From contig CAVXGR010000012.1 of the NCBI GenBank assembly GCA_963761335.1, positions 320,001-384,000 on the forward strand: 64,000 nt of DNA, in the 5' to 3' direction. The notes under the pieces are model-generated. The model saw only the letters and a program-made list of their open reading frames with translations. It was not told where the DNA came from and searched no databases. The translations under genes were made by a program, and so were the position numbers. The stretch comes from an uncultured delta proteobacterium (lineage in GTDB: Bacteria > Desulfobacterota > Binatia > HRBIN30 > BPIQ01). Numbering within the stretch: the first letter of the stretch is position 1; every line of letters starts with the position of its first letter. This document shows, piece by piece, positions 51,708-62,600 of the stretch.

Positions 51708-54059
51708 TCATCCGCATCGCTCCACCCGGCAGAGCGTGTACTTGTGCTGCGGGCAGCCGGTGAATGGATCGCGGTCTTCGCTCGCCGTCAGCATGTTCAA
51801 GTTGACCCCATTGGTCTCCAGCTCGCCGCTGTCGCCCTTCGGATAGCGCGTTCCGAAGCCGTTCGCCACCCAGACGTGGCCCTGCTGCAGGCGTTTGTCG
51901 ACGGCAGCGGGAAGCTCGACGGCGCCCCGGCGCGTGCTGAGGCGCACGCGGTCGCCGCTGGCGATACCGAGTGTCTCGGCGTCGCCGGGAGAGAGATTCA
52001 GGGCGCAGTGCGGGCCGCGGCCCTTTCTCCAAGTCGGGTCGCGCTGGATGGTGTTTGCCGTCCACTGCGTGCGCAGTCCGGCGGCGAGAACAAACGGGTA
52101 CTCGGGGTCGGTGGGCCGGTCGGTGTGCGCGGCGCGCGCAATTTCGCCGACCATCTCCGGCGGCGCCAGTCGAATCTTCTTGTCCTCGAAGCCGATGACG
52201 GCGTCGAGGGCGTGCTCGCTGTCGACCCTGGCGATCTCCACTCCTTCGGGATGCTGGAGAACGCGGCGGAACATCTCCGCGCCGATCGCAAACGGCCCCT
52301 GCTCGCGCCACTCCTCGCCCAGAGTGCGCAGCACGGCGTCGGTGCGCGTGAAGGCGTTGGCGTACACCTGTGCCCAGATGGCGGCGAGCGCCGGCGAGGG
52401 CAGATGCGGCCCCAGAGTCCGGTAGCCCCAGAAGAGCAGCGCCGCCTGGCTGCCGCCGCTCGCTGTCATCATCGCCCCCAGGTAGGCGGCGGCCCCTTCG
52501 GGCTCGAGGGCGTGCTCCGCCAGCGCCGCGAGCTCCGGCGGCGGCGCCGAGACCAGGCCCATGGCCTCCGCCAGGCGCGTGTAGATCTCCGGCTCGGGAA
52601 GCGCCTCCGGCGGCCCGGGGACCACCGGCGGGCGCAGCTGCACGTAGATCTCGGGATAGCCCTTCGGAAAGCCGGCGATCTCCCACTTCTCGTATCCCAC
52701 CGGCGTCGGCAGGACGTAGTCGGCGAGCTGCGCCGTCTCCGTCATCGCCGGCTCGACGACCACCAGCAGATCGAGCTTCTGGCGCGCCTCGAGCCAGCGC
52801 TGCGTATCGGAGTAGGAGAGCAAGGGATTGGCGCCCTCGACGATCAGGGCGCGCAGGCGCTCGGGGTGGTCGAGCAGGATCTCCTCCGGCACCAGGGTCG
52901 GGGAGAACATCCCGTAGCCCCCCATGGCGCTGATGGCGCGAATTCCCGAGGCGAGAGCGCGCTCCGGCTCGGCGTGGCGCTTGGGGCTGTGCTCGGCGGG
53001 CGTCAGCCCCTCCGGGAAGACGTTGCCGCCGCGCCGGCCGACGTTCCCGGTGAGCACGGACAGGGCCTGGATCAGGTAGGAGGTGAGCGTCGAAAAGAGA
53101 TTGTGCTCGACGGCGAGGTCGAACATGATCGCCGCCGACTCAGCCTGGGCGAACTCGCGCGCCAGCTGCAAGAGGTCCTCGGTCGCAATGCCGGCACGGC
53201 GCGCCATCTCGTCCACGTCGATCTCGGCGAGTGCCTGGCGCAGGACCTCGAAGCCGTGGGTTCGTTCGGCGACAAACGGCGCGTCGACCAGGCCCTCGCT
53301 GGACACCAGGACGGCCGCCATGCCGAGCAGCACATAGACGTCGGAGCCCGGCTTGATCTTCAGATGGCGATCGGCGGTGCGCGTCGTCTCCGTGTCGCGC
53401 GGATCGAGAACCACGACCTTCTGACCCGGGTTGGCGGCCAGCGACTTGAACGTGTCGGTGGCGTTGTGTCCGCGGTTCGAGATCTTCGGGTTCGTCCCCA
53501 TCATCAACAAGAAATGGGTGTTCTCGATGTCGGGGTGGAAGAACGCCGTCGGCGGCGCGTCGAAGAGCCACTGCGCCACCAGGAAGTGCTGCGTCTTTTC
53601 CTGCGCAAAGGCGTTGAACCAGCGCTTCGAGCCGAAGGCGGAGAGAAAGGTGAGCCCGTAGGGCGCGTCCATGTGGTTCGCCTGGCCGCCGATGCCGACC
53701 AAGCCGATGGCGCGCGGCGAGTGCTGGTCGCGGATCGCGGTGAGCCGCGCGGCGATCTCGGCGATTGCCTGCTCCCAGGTGATTCGCTCGAAGGTGCCGT
53801 CGCTGCGGCGGCGGAGCGGGTGCTCGAGACGCTGCGCGTGCTCGACGTAATGATGGATCGAGAAGGCCTTGTTGCAGATGTAGCCCTTGGTGATCGGACT
53901 CGACTCGTCGGCGCGCACGCCGGTGATCCTGCCGCCGGCAACGTCGACGCGCAGGCCGCAGTTGTGGCTGCAGAGAACACATACAGTGGCGAGGTCAGTC
54001 GCGTCCGTGGGCAGGGGGGTCCTGGAGATGGAGGGATCTACGGCTCTCGTCGAGGGCAT
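51708..54059 (-). CDS. Molybdopterin (bis-MGD) oxidoreductase with N-terminal [4Fe-4S]
   Basis: CVLCSHNC..C.K cluster motif, RLEHPLRR, GTNP, GANP, TETAQLADYVLP, C-terminal Mo-binding barrel; no Tat signal seen. Confidence 0.9.
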   Translation of the reverse strand: MPSTRAVDPSISRTPLPTDATDLATVCVLCSHNCGLRVDVAGGRITGVRADESSPITKGYICNKAFSIHHYVEHAQRLEHPLRRRSDGTFERITWEQAIAEIAARLTAIRDQHSPRAIGLVGIGGQANHMDAPYGLTFLSAFGSKRWFNAFAQEKTQHFLVAQWLFDAPPTAFFHPDIENTHFLLMMGTNPKISNRGHNATDTFKSLAANPGQKVVVLDPRDTETTRTADRHLKIKPGSDVYVLLGMAAVLVSSEGLVDAPFVAERTHGFEVLRQALAEIDVDEMARRAGIATEDLLQLAREFAQAESAAIMFDLAVEHNLFSTLTSYLIQALSVLTGNVGRRGGNVFPEGLTPAEHSPKRHAEPERALASGIRAISAMGGYGMFSPTLVPEEILLDHPERLRALIVEGANPLLSYSDTQRWLEARQKLDLLVVVEPAMTETAQLADYVLPTPVGYEKWEIAGFPKGYPEIYVQLRPPVVPGPPEALPEPEIYTRLAEAMGLVSAPPPELAALAEHALEPEGAAAYLGAMMTASGGSQAALLFWGYRTLGPHLPSPALAAIWAQVYANAFTRTDAVLRTLGEEWREQGPFAIGAEMFRRVLQHPEGVEIARVDSEHALDAVIGFEDKKIRLAPPEMVGEIARAAHTDRPTDPEYPFVLAAGLRTQWTANTIQRDPTWRKGRGPHCALNLSPGDAETLGIASGDRVRLSTRRGAVELPAAVDKRLQQGHVWVANGFGTRYPKGDSGELETNGVNLNMLTASEDRDPFTGCPQHKYTLCRVERCG

Positions 54060-54148
54060 CGATTTGCTCCTTTCACCGGTGTCGGTTCCGGAAAAGAACG
54101 TATCAGTTCTCTTTCGGTACGCAATACTTTCCGCTAAACTTTCCGATC

Positions 54149-54601
54149 ATGCGTTGGGACCAGATCAGCGGCATGCAGTGCTCGGTCGCCCGCGCCCTTT
54201 CCGTCATCGGCGACCGCTGGACGCTGCTCGTCCTGCGCGATGCCTTTCTCCGCACCCGCCGCTTCGAGGACTTCCAGCGGCAGCTCGGGGTGACCCGCCA
54301 CCTCCTCGCCGGCCGCCTGCGGAAGCTCGTCGACGCCGGCATTCTCGAGAAGGTGCGCTACCAGGAGAAGCCGGCGCGTTACGAGTACCGGCTCACCGAG
54401 AAGGGCCGCGACCTCTACCCCGTCATCGTTTCCCTGCTGCGCTGGGGCGACCGCTGGATGGCCGGCGAAGGTGGCCCACCGCTCACCCTGGTGCACAAGG
54501 CCTGCGGCCACCGCATGCATCCGGCGCTCGTCTGTCCCGATTGCGGCGAGCCGGTCGGGCCGCACGACGTGGCGGCCGAGCTCGGCGGCAACCGCGGCTG
54601 A
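54149..54601 (+). CDS. HxlR family transcriptional regulator
   Basis: CSVARALSVIGDRWTLLVLRD, RYEYRLTEKGRDL, WGDRW; divergent from the Mo enzyme. Confidence 0.93.
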   Translation: MRWDQISGMQCSVARALSVIGDRWTLLVLRDAFLRTRRFEDFQRQLGVTRHLLAGRLRKLVDAGILEKVRYQEKPARYEYRLTEKGRDLYPVIVSLLRWGDRWMAGEGGPPLTLVHKACGHRMHPALVCPDCGEPVGPHDVAAELGGNRG

Positions 54602-55015
54602 TCAGCGGTCGAAAGCGCTGCGCCGCTGCCAGGCGTAGCGGCAGAAGGCGAGCAGGAAAATGCTGACCGCAATGTTGGTCAATATGGCCGTGCCCATGTG
54701 ACCGGCGTAGAACACCGAGCCGTACAGCGCCGTGAAGACCCACAGCGAGATCACCACGTAGACGGCGTAGACCATCGCCATGATCCCTGCGGCGCGGCGC
54801 CGCCGGAAGCAGCCCCAGGTGAGCCAGAGATAGAAGAGCAGGTATCCGATGGTCGCCATCTTCGCCGACGGACCGCCGACGATCACACCGAAGATCTCCT
54901 TGTGGCTCTGCGGCACCGGCACGAAGAAGAGATCGAAAAGAGAGAGCACCGCCAGCACCAGCGCCACCGATCCGAGAATGCGCGTGAACCACGGGTGCGG
55001 CGCCATCGTTTGCAT
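54602..55015 (-). CDS. Hypothetical membrane protein (about 4 TM)
   Basis: Four hydrophobic helices; the longer ORF start lies inside the repeat. Confidence 0.65.
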   Translation of the reverse strand: MQTMAPHPWFTRILGSVALVLAVLSLFDLFFVPVPQSHKEIFGVIVGGPSAKMATIGYLLFYLWLTWGCFRRRRAAGIMAMVYAVYVVISLWVFTALYGSVFYAGHMGTAILTNIAVSIFLLAFCRYAWQRRSAFDR

Positions 55016-55088
55016 CGCGGCCGACTGTAGCGGCGCAGCTAAGCCCTGGGCAAGGCGCGGGTGGCAGGGACCCCGGCGGGCCGCGACC

Positions 55089-55578
55089 GGGGACAGGCAA
55101 CTTCTGCGGTCGATTCGCGGCGCCATACCGAAACAAGACTCGCAAAAGTAGCCTGCTTCGAAAGTGTCTTGGTGAAGGTCTGGCGGAGCCTCGGCGCTTG
55201 GGGTGGAGCTTATCGCCCCGGAGGGGCGCGGGCATGTAGCCCCGGGTGTCAACCCGGGGACCGCGTTCCGATTGGCCCAGATTAGCGCCCCGCAGGGGCG
55301 CAGGCGTACAGGCCGCGTGAATCACGTCGATGAGCTTCCCCATGCACCCAGCGGTGATCATCGGCGGACAGGCGCGACATCGACGAAAATTCGCCCGCGC
55401 CCCTGGCGGGGCGCGTATGACGGACGGTGCATTTTTCCCCGGGTTTCACCCGGGGCTACACGCCACCGCCCCTCCGGGGCGAACTTCGCCCAGGCGAGAA
55501 CCGCCAAATCTCTTTACGGATCAGAACCCCAGCCTCATTTTCATCGTCTACTGGCGAGCCGCAAGGCTCATGAGGCAC
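55089..55578. repeat. Compound REP/REPIN-like element, left copy
   Basis: GGGGACAGGC palindrome pair, GTAGCCCCGGGTGTCAACCCGGGG and CCCGGGTTTCACCCGGGGCTAC REP doublet, plus 42 bp unit 55537-55578; inverted match to 57014-57576. Confidence 0.88.
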
Positions 55579-55628
55579 TGTCCCCTACCCGCTTGCGCAC
55601 TCCGCTCCCGTTGGTTATCGCTCCGCGC

Positions 55629-56726
55629 ATGATCATCGGGATTCCCAGGGAGATCAAAGCCGAGGAGAACCGCGTCGCCATCACCCCGAGCGGCGTCAGT
55701 GCGCTGCGCTCGCACCGCCATACGGTACTCGTCGAGCGCGGCGCCGGGGTCGGCAGCAGCATGCCCGACGCGCACTATCGCGCCGCCGGAGCGCGCCTCG
55801 TCTCGCGCGCCGAGGTGTGGCGAAGAGCGCATCTGATCCTCAAGGTGAAGGAGCCGCTGCCGAGCGAGTTCCGCTTTCTGCGCGAGGGGCTGGTCCTCTT
55901 CACCTACCTCCACCTCGCCGCCAGCGAGCCGCTGACGCGCACGCTGCTGAAGAAAGGCGTGACCGCCATCGCCTACGAGACGATCGAGCTGGAAGACGGC
56001 TCTCTGCCCCTGCTGGCGCCGATGAGCGAGGTCGCCGGACGGCTGTCGATCCAGGCGGGCGGCTGGTGCCTGCAAAAGCAGAACGGCGGCTGCGGCGTGC
56101 TGCTGAGCGGCGCCTCCGGGGTGCGGCCCGCCAAGGTGGTCGTCCTCGGCGCCGGCATCGCCGGCTCCAATGCCTGCCAGATCGCCGTCGGCATGGGCGC
56201 CCACGTCAGCATCCTCGACCTCAACCCCACCAAGCTGCGCTACATCCACGACATCCTCGGCGGCCACGTGACCACGGTGATGTCCAACGTCGCCAACGTC
56301 GAAGAGGAGGTGCTGAGCGCCGACCTGGTGATCGGCTCGGTGCTGATCCCGGGAGCCAAGGCGCCGCGCCTGATCTCGCGCAAGCTGGTGCGGGCGATGA
56401 AGCCGGGGGCGGCGATCGTCGACATCTCCATCGACCAGGGCGGCTGCGCCGAGACCTCGCGGCCGACGACCCACGACAACCCGATCTACGTCGCCGAGAG
56501 GGTGGTGCACTACTGCGTGACCAACATGCCGGCCATCGTGCCGCACACCTCTACCTACGCGCTCACCAACGCGACCCTTTCCTACGCGCAGGAGGTCGCC
56601 GACAAGGGCGTGCGCCGCGCCATGCGCGAGAACCCGGCGCTGCGGGCCGGCCTGAACATCATGGGCGGCCGCGTCCATCACGCCGGCGTCGCCTCGGCAT
56701 TCGGCCTGCCGCACGCGAGCGGCTGA
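55629..56726 (+). CDS. ald: Alanine dehydrogenase
   Basis: [58 protein letters not shown]. Confidence 0.96.
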   Translation: MIIGIPREIKAEENRVAITPSGVSALRSHRHTVLVERGAGVGSSMPDAHYRAAGARLVSRAEVWRRAHLILKVKEPLPSEFRFLREGLVLFTYLHLAASEPLTRTLLKKGVTAIAYETIELEDGSLPLLAPMSEVAGRLSIQAGGWCLQKQNGGCGVLLSGASGVRPAKVVVLGAGIAGSNACQIAVGMGAHVSILDLNPTKLRYIHDILGGHVTTVMSNVANVEEEVLSADLVIGSVLIPGAKAPRLISRKLVRAMKPGAAIVDISIDQGGCAETSRPTTHDNPIYVAERVVHYCVTNMPAIVPHTSTYALTNATLSYAQEVADKGVRRAMRENPALRAGLNIMGGRVHHAGVASAFGLPHASG

Positions 56727-56849
56727 GGAATCCGCCGCGGCGGCAGGGGCAGTCCATCATGAGCCTGCGGCTCGCCAACTGGCGATGAAAATGGACGGCG
56801 TCCTGATTCACCGATCAGACGCTTGCGATGATAGTTCCGCGCCGCGGGG

Positions 56850-56983
56850 GCGGGTCTCCTCTCTCCCGCATCTTTCCGCGGGGAGAGGATCAAGGTGAGG
56901 GTGCTCCTGTCTCACTGAAAGCTCGTGGATCCACGGCCCTCACCCTGACCCTCTCTCGCCAAGTGATGCGGGAGAGGGAACCC
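56850..56983. repeat. Partial third copy (core hairpins) of the 11073/41012 element
   Basis: ggtctcctctc.cccgca..ttccgcggggagaggatcaaggtgaggg ... ctcaccctgaccctctc..gcgggagagggaaccc shared with 41061-41202. Confidence 0.8.
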
Positions 56984-57013
56984 AAAGCGAACACCCAGCA
57001 GATTTTCGAAGCC

Positions 57014-57576
57014 GTGCCTCATGAGCCTTGCGGCTCGCCAGTAGACGATGAAAATAGACGCTCGGCGGGTACCGGTATGCCGGAGGGCTCCCGTACCTCG
57101 GCGCCCGTGATGCTACCCGGGGGTTTCAACCCCCGGCGCCGGCGCCCGTCTTCTGCGGCCCTGCGGACGTTCCTGGGCGAACTTCGCCCCGGAGGGGCGG
57201 TGGCGTGTAGCCCCGGGTGAAACCCGGGAAGAAGGCGCGCTCCGTCAGGCGCGCTCCGTCAGGGGCGCGGGCAAGTTTTCGTCGATGTCACGCCTGTACG
57301 CCGATGATCACCGCTGGGTGCGTGGGGAGCTCATCGAGTGATTCACGCCGCCTCTACGCCTGCGCCCCTGCGGGGCGCTGATCTGGGCCAATCGGAACGC
57401 GGTCCCCGGGTTGACACCCGGGGCTACATGCCTGCGCCCGTCCGGGGCGATGAGCCTCCACACCGAGCGCCGGTGCGCTCCGCCAGACCTTCACCCAGCA
57501 GATGTTCGAAGCAGGCCACTTCTGCGGGCGAAATCCTACCCAGGTAGGATAACAGCGCGCAAAAGTAGCCTGTCCC
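57014..57576. repeat. Compound REP/REPIN-like element, right (inverted) copy
   Basis: 57014-57055 is the exact reverse complement of 55537-55578; 57172-57526 is an imperfect reverse complement of 55141-55494; ends in CGCAAAAGTAGCCTGTCCC. Confidence 0.88.
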
Positions 57577-57600
57577 TTCCTAGCCGGGCTGCTAGCCCTT

Positions 57601-58251
57601 TCAATCGAGCCTGCTCTGCAGGTCGTCGACCAGCTTCTCGCAGCCCAGGCGCGCCAGCTCGGCGGCGCTGAACCAGCGCGGTCCCTGGCGCCAGAACATC
57701 CACCAGTTCAAGAGATTCGAGCTGAGCGCCTGCTGCGTCTCGTCGAACGACTCGCTCCAGATCACCTTTCCCGACTCGGCCAGCAGGAGGCTCAGGCGGA
57801 ACGAGACCGAGGCGGGGCGACGACTGCCGTACTCCGTGCCCTGGCGCTCGACGAACCGAGAAACCGAGCCGAAGAATACCCCGTCGGCGCCGGTCGCCTT
57901 GGCGAGCGCCCGCGCCCGCGCCTCGGGCGCTTCGCCTGCAGAGATCGCCGGTAGAGCATCGCCGGTGGTCAGGTCCGGAACCACGGCCCAGCGCGAGCGC
58001 TGGCTGAGCACCCCGTACAGCTGCGCGGTGACGACCTGCGCCGCCTCCTCCGGCAGCACCGGTCGCTCGCCGGTCATCTTCTCGGTGGCACCTGGGTTGA
58101 CGTCTCGCGTCAGCGGCAGGATCGCGATCGTCTGGAGCTTGGGACCCTCCGGCTTCTTCGGCCATCCGGGGAGAGCGCTGCATCCGGCGGCGAGGAGAGT
58201 GCAGAGGACGATGGCCAGGCGGCGCGCGCCTGGCAGTCTGTGGGCAGTCAT
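57601..58251 (-). CDS. Hypothetical lipoprotein (CsgG/TolB-N-like fold possible)
   Basis: Lipobox LAAGC, IAILP, GADGVFFGSV, ASVSFRL..AESGKVIWS; ATGA overlap with hisS. Confidence 0.7.
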   Translation of the reverse strand: MTAHRLPGARRLAIVLCTLLAAGCSALPGWPKKPEGPKLQTIAILPLTRDVNPGATEKMTGERPVLPEEAAQVVTAQLYGVLSQRSRWAVVPDLTTGDALPAISAGEAPEARARALAKATGADGVFFGSVSRFVERQGTEYGSRRPASVSFRLSLLLAESGKVIWSESFDETQQALSSNLLNWWMFWRQGPRWFSAAELARLGCEKLVDDLQSRLD

Positions 58252-59534
58252 GCGGTCTGCTGCGCGGGAGCGGGCCCAAGCCGGCGCAGCTGGGCGACCA
58301 GGGCTTGCGGCTCGGCGTCGAGGGAAACGGCGCAGTCAAAGTTGAGCTTGCCGACCATGTCGCGCACCGAGGCGGCGCGGCGCCCGAGCTCCTGCTCGCC
58401 GATGATCAGCACGTAGCGCACGCCCAGCTTGTCGGCGCGGCGCATCTGGCTCTTCAGGCTGCGCTCGGCGCTCTCGACCTCCACCGCCATCCCGGCGGTT
58501 CGCAGCCGGTGCGCCAGATGCGCGGCCTCGACGACCGCTTCGACACCGAGCGGGGCGATGAAGACATCCAGCCCCGGCTCGGCCGGGGTCTCCCCGGCGG
58601 TCATCGCCAGGCGCTCGAGGCCGAGGGCCACGCCGACGCCGGCCACCTCTGGTCCACCGAGGGCCTTCACCAGGCCGTCATAGCGCCCACCGCCCCCAAC
58701 GGCGTTCTGCGCCCCCAGGCCGGTCGCAATGATCTCAAAGGCAGTGCGGCAGTAATAGTCGAGGCCGCGCACCAGGCGCGGGTTCTCGGTCACCGCCGCC
58801 CCTTCCCGGTCGAGAATCTCGCGGACCGAGGCGTAGTGCCCCCGGCAGGCATCGCAGAGATGCTCCTTCATGGTCGGGGCACCGGCGGTGGCCTTCTGGC
58901 ATTCCTCGTTCTTGCAGTCGAGCAGGCGCAGCGGGTTCTGCTCCAGGCGGCGCCGGCAGTTCTCGCACAGCTCCTCGAAATGCTCGTGGCCGTAGTCGAT
59001 CAGAGCCTGACGGTAATTGGGCCGGCAGTCGCGGCAGCCGAGGGAGTTGATCTGGATGTCGGAGCTCACCTGCAGGGCGCGCAGCAGATCGTCGACGAGG
59101 AGAATCACCTCGGCATCGATCGCCGGGTCGTCCCGCCCGAGGACCTCCAGGCCGACCTGGTGGAACTGCCGGTAGCGCCCCTTCTGTGGGCGCTCGCGGC
59201 GGAACATCGGCCCGAGGTAGAAGAGCTTGGAGACCGGCTCCTTCAGGTGCATGCTGTGCTCGACGTAGGCGCGCACCACCGACGCCGTCCCCTCCGGCCG
59301 CAGGGCCAGCGAGGTGCCGTCGCGGTCCTCGAAGGTGTACATCTCTTTCTCGACGATGTCGGAGGTGTCGCCGATGGAGCGGGCGAACAGCGAGGTGCGC
59401 TCTGCGATCGGCAGCCGCAGCTCGCGAAAGTTGTACTGCCGGAGGATGGCGCGCGCCGTGGCCTCGATCCAGGCCCAGCGGGCACTCTCGTCCGGGAGGA
59501 CATCGTGGAAGCCCTTCACTGCCGAGATTTTCAT
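58248..59534 (-). CDS. hisS: Histidine--tRNA ligase
   Basis: KGFHD, DIVEKEMYTF, LRPEGTA, FRRERPQKGRYRQFHQ, LVRGLDYY, GGGRYDGL, GLERL. Confidence 0.97.
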   Translation of the reverse strand: MKISAVKGFHDVLPDESARWAWIEATARAILRQYNFRELRLPIAERTSLFARSIGDTSDIVEKEMYTFEDRDGTSLALRPEGTASVVRAYVEHSMHLKEPVSKLFYLGPMFRRERPQKGRYRQFHQVGLEVLGRDDPAIDAEVILLVDDLLRALQVSSDIQINSLGCRDCRPNYRQALIDYGHEHFEELCENCRRRLEQNPLRLLDCKNEECQKATAGAPTMKEHLCDACRGHYASVREILDREGAAVTENPRLVRGLDYYCRTAFEIIATGLGAQNAVGGGGRYDGLVKALGGPEVAGVGVALGLERLAMTAGETPAEPGLDVFIAPLGVEAVVEAAHLAHRLRTAGMAVEVESAERSLKSQMRRADKLGVRYVLIIGEQELGRRAASVRDMVGKLNFDCAVSLDAEPQALVAQLRRLGPAPAQQTA

Positions 59535-59625
59535 GGGAAGCTTGCGCCGGAAGTCGCGACTAGGTATCAGAGGGCCTGCGCCAAGTCAATGAAACGGCGC
59601 GGGCGGGCCGTTGTAACGAGCTCAT

Positions 59626-62600
59626 ATGACGAGGGTTTTTTCGCCGACATTACGCCGCGCCTGGCTGCTTCCCGCCCTCGCCCTCCTCCTCTGCGCCGCC
59701 CCTTCCACGGCCCAGCAGGTGCCGACCATGGACTTCCGCGGCATCGAGCGGCTGAACGGCTTCGAGTCCGGAGATGTCGCCGATTACACGGTCGTCGATC
59801 CGAGCTTCTCCGTCGCCATCGCCGGCGCCCCGCGCAGCGGCGACTTCAGCCTGTTCACCACTGCCACCAGCGGCGTCCCCGCCTACGTCGCCGCCACCAT
59901 CTCCCCGTCCTCGACCTTCAGCGACGGGGTCTGGGTCTGCGAGCTGGCGGCTCCGACGGGTCAACGCCGCATCCGCACCTGGGCAAGCGGCTCCACACCT
60001 GTGGTGCGACTGCTGCTGAACCTCGACGGAACCGTGCAGCTGCGCGTCGGCGGCGCCATCGGCACCTCGGTATCGTCCCTGGTCACCTGTGGCTCCGGCT
60101 TCACTCACCTGGAGGTGGTCTACCAGGCCAGCTCGGACGCGCTCACCATCGATGGAACTGCGGCTCTGCGGCTCGACGGGGTCACCGAGATCAGCCTGGC
60201 CCATTCCTCCGCCGCAGAGATCGACACCACCCACATCGGTGCGGACGACACCACGACCGGCGCGGCGTTTCTGAACTGGGACGATCACACCTTCGGCCCC
60301 GGCCCCGGCTTTCACGGCGACCTCCACATCGTCGCCTTGGCGGCGACTGCGGACGGCCAGTACCTGGACTGGTCGCCGGCGGGCCAGTGCGGTCCGGCGC
60401 GGGTCTCCTGCGTCAGCGACATCCCGCCGGACGGCAGCACCACGGAGCTGCGCACGTCGTCTTCCCTCGCGGAAGCTTCCTTCTGCCACGCCAGCAACAG
60501 CTCCCAGGGAATCTACGGCAGCATCCTCGCCCTCAAGACGCTGGTGCAGGCGCGCAGCACTGCGCCGCCAACGACCGTGAGCGCTGGGCTGATCCTCAAC
60601 GACAGCGCCTGCGGCGGCACCAAGGGCGTCCCCGCTCTGCAAAGCTTCGCCCTGACCGACAGCTACATGGGGTTCGCCCGCGTCGACGAGAGCAACCCCG
60701 CGGTGGGCGTGCAGTGGAACTCCGGGGCAGACCCGATCGAGATTGACCACACCGGTATCGCCGTGCAGTACGTCGGGCCCTCCGGCACGGCGGCGCTCAC
60801 CCAGGTCCTGCAGGAAGTCGCCTTCGATACCGACGGCTTTCCGAGCCCGACCCCGAGCTTCACCCGCACCCCGACGCCGACGGCCACCCCGACCAAGACG
60901 ATGACGCCGACGATGACCCCCACCTCGACGTTCACACCGACGACCACGGCCACGGCGACCCCGACGATGACGCCGACTTCGACGCGCACGCCGACCGACA
61001 CACCGACCGTGACACCCACGGCGACGCCGACGGTCACACCGACGGCGACATTGACCTTCACGCCGTCGCCGACCTCCTCGCCGACGCAGACGGCCACGCC
61101 GACCTCGACCTCCACGCCGACGGCGACACCGACGCGCACGGCGACTCCGACCGAGACGCCGACGCGCACGCCCACGCCGCTGCCGACGGCCACCGACACG
61201 CCGACCTCGACCCCCAGCCGCACACCGACGCCCACCGAGACGCCGACGCGCACGCCCACCGCGACGCCGACCGACACGCCGACGATCACTCCGACACCCA
61301 CCGAAACGCCGACGCGCATTCCGGTGGCGCCGCGCAACTTCGACCGCATGAACGGCTTCGAGAGCGGCTGGCCGGGAGACTACACCATCGGCAGCTTCCT
61401 CGACGGCGGCGGCGCCACTGAGGCCATCGCCCGCAGTGGCCGCTTCGGCCTAGAGACGCAGTCCATGACCGGCGGCGCCTCCTACATCAGCGCCGATCTG
61501 AGCCAGCCCTCATCCACCTTCAGTGATGGCATCTGGGCCTGCCACAAATCCACCAGCCTCGCCTCGGCGCGCCGCATTCGCAACTGGGTGAGCGGCGCGA
61601 CAACTGTGGTCGAGCTCATCCTCAAGCCGGATTTCACTGTTACCCTCCAGGTCGGCAGCGCCAAGATCGACAGCAACATCCCCATGGCCACCTGCGATGA
61701 TCCGCTGAACCCGTTCACGCACTACGAGGTGCAGTACCGACAATTCGGAGTCGGTGGGACCTTCTTCTTGCGCGTCGACGGCGTCGCCTCGCAGCCGACC
61801 TTTCACACCAGCGTGCAGACAATCAGCAGCACGCGCATTGGCCCCGACCAGTCGGGCGGCGCGCCGCTCGACATGATCTGGGACGACCACACCATCTCGC
61901 GCTCGACGACGCTTCCAGGTGAGCTCCACATCGTCGGCCTGGCGCCCAACAAGGACGGCAGCTTCACCGGCTGGGGCACGGGAAACAGCTGCGGTGCACT
62001 GACGGCGTTCGACTGCATCGATCAGATACCGCCGGTCGAGAATATCTTTCTGTTCACCACGACGCCGGCAGCGCGGGCTTCCTTCTGCCACCAGAACACC
62101 GCGATTGCCGGAGTCTTCGGAAAGATTCTGGCGCTGAAGACCGAAATAGATGCGCATAAGGACAGCCAAGACCAGCGCAGCTCGGTCAACTTGTTCGTGG
62201 CGCCCGACTCCGTGCGCTGCGGCGGCTCCAAGACCACACCGACCCCGTACGACGCGCAATGGTCCAGCCCCACCCCGACAGTGCTTCTCGGCCCGGACCC
62301 CGCCGGCTTTGCGCGCATCGACGAGATCAATCCCGAGGTGGGCCTGCCCTGGACCGGCGGCGAGATCGACCGCACCGAGGTCGGCGTCCGGCACATCAGC
62401 GGCGACCTCGCGCGACTCTCGCAGGTGATCGCCGAGGTCGCCTTCGACCCGAGCGGCTTCTCGAGCCCGACGCCAACGTTCACGATCAGCACCACACCGA
62501 CGCGCACCAGCACCCCGACCGTCACGCCCACGGTCCCCACCGCCACCCGCACCAGCACCGCAACGTTCACGCCGACGAGCACCGCCACACCCACCTTCAC

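Noticed and set aside
55203..55628. N-terminal extension of alanine dehydrogenase
   Set aside because: Read-through of repeat DNA; the conserved Ald N-terminus begins at ATG 55629
57014..57055. Possible hammerhead ribozyme (CTCATGAG-stem)
   Set aside because: The core reads CUCAUGA rather than CUGAUGA, and GAAA does not follow stem II
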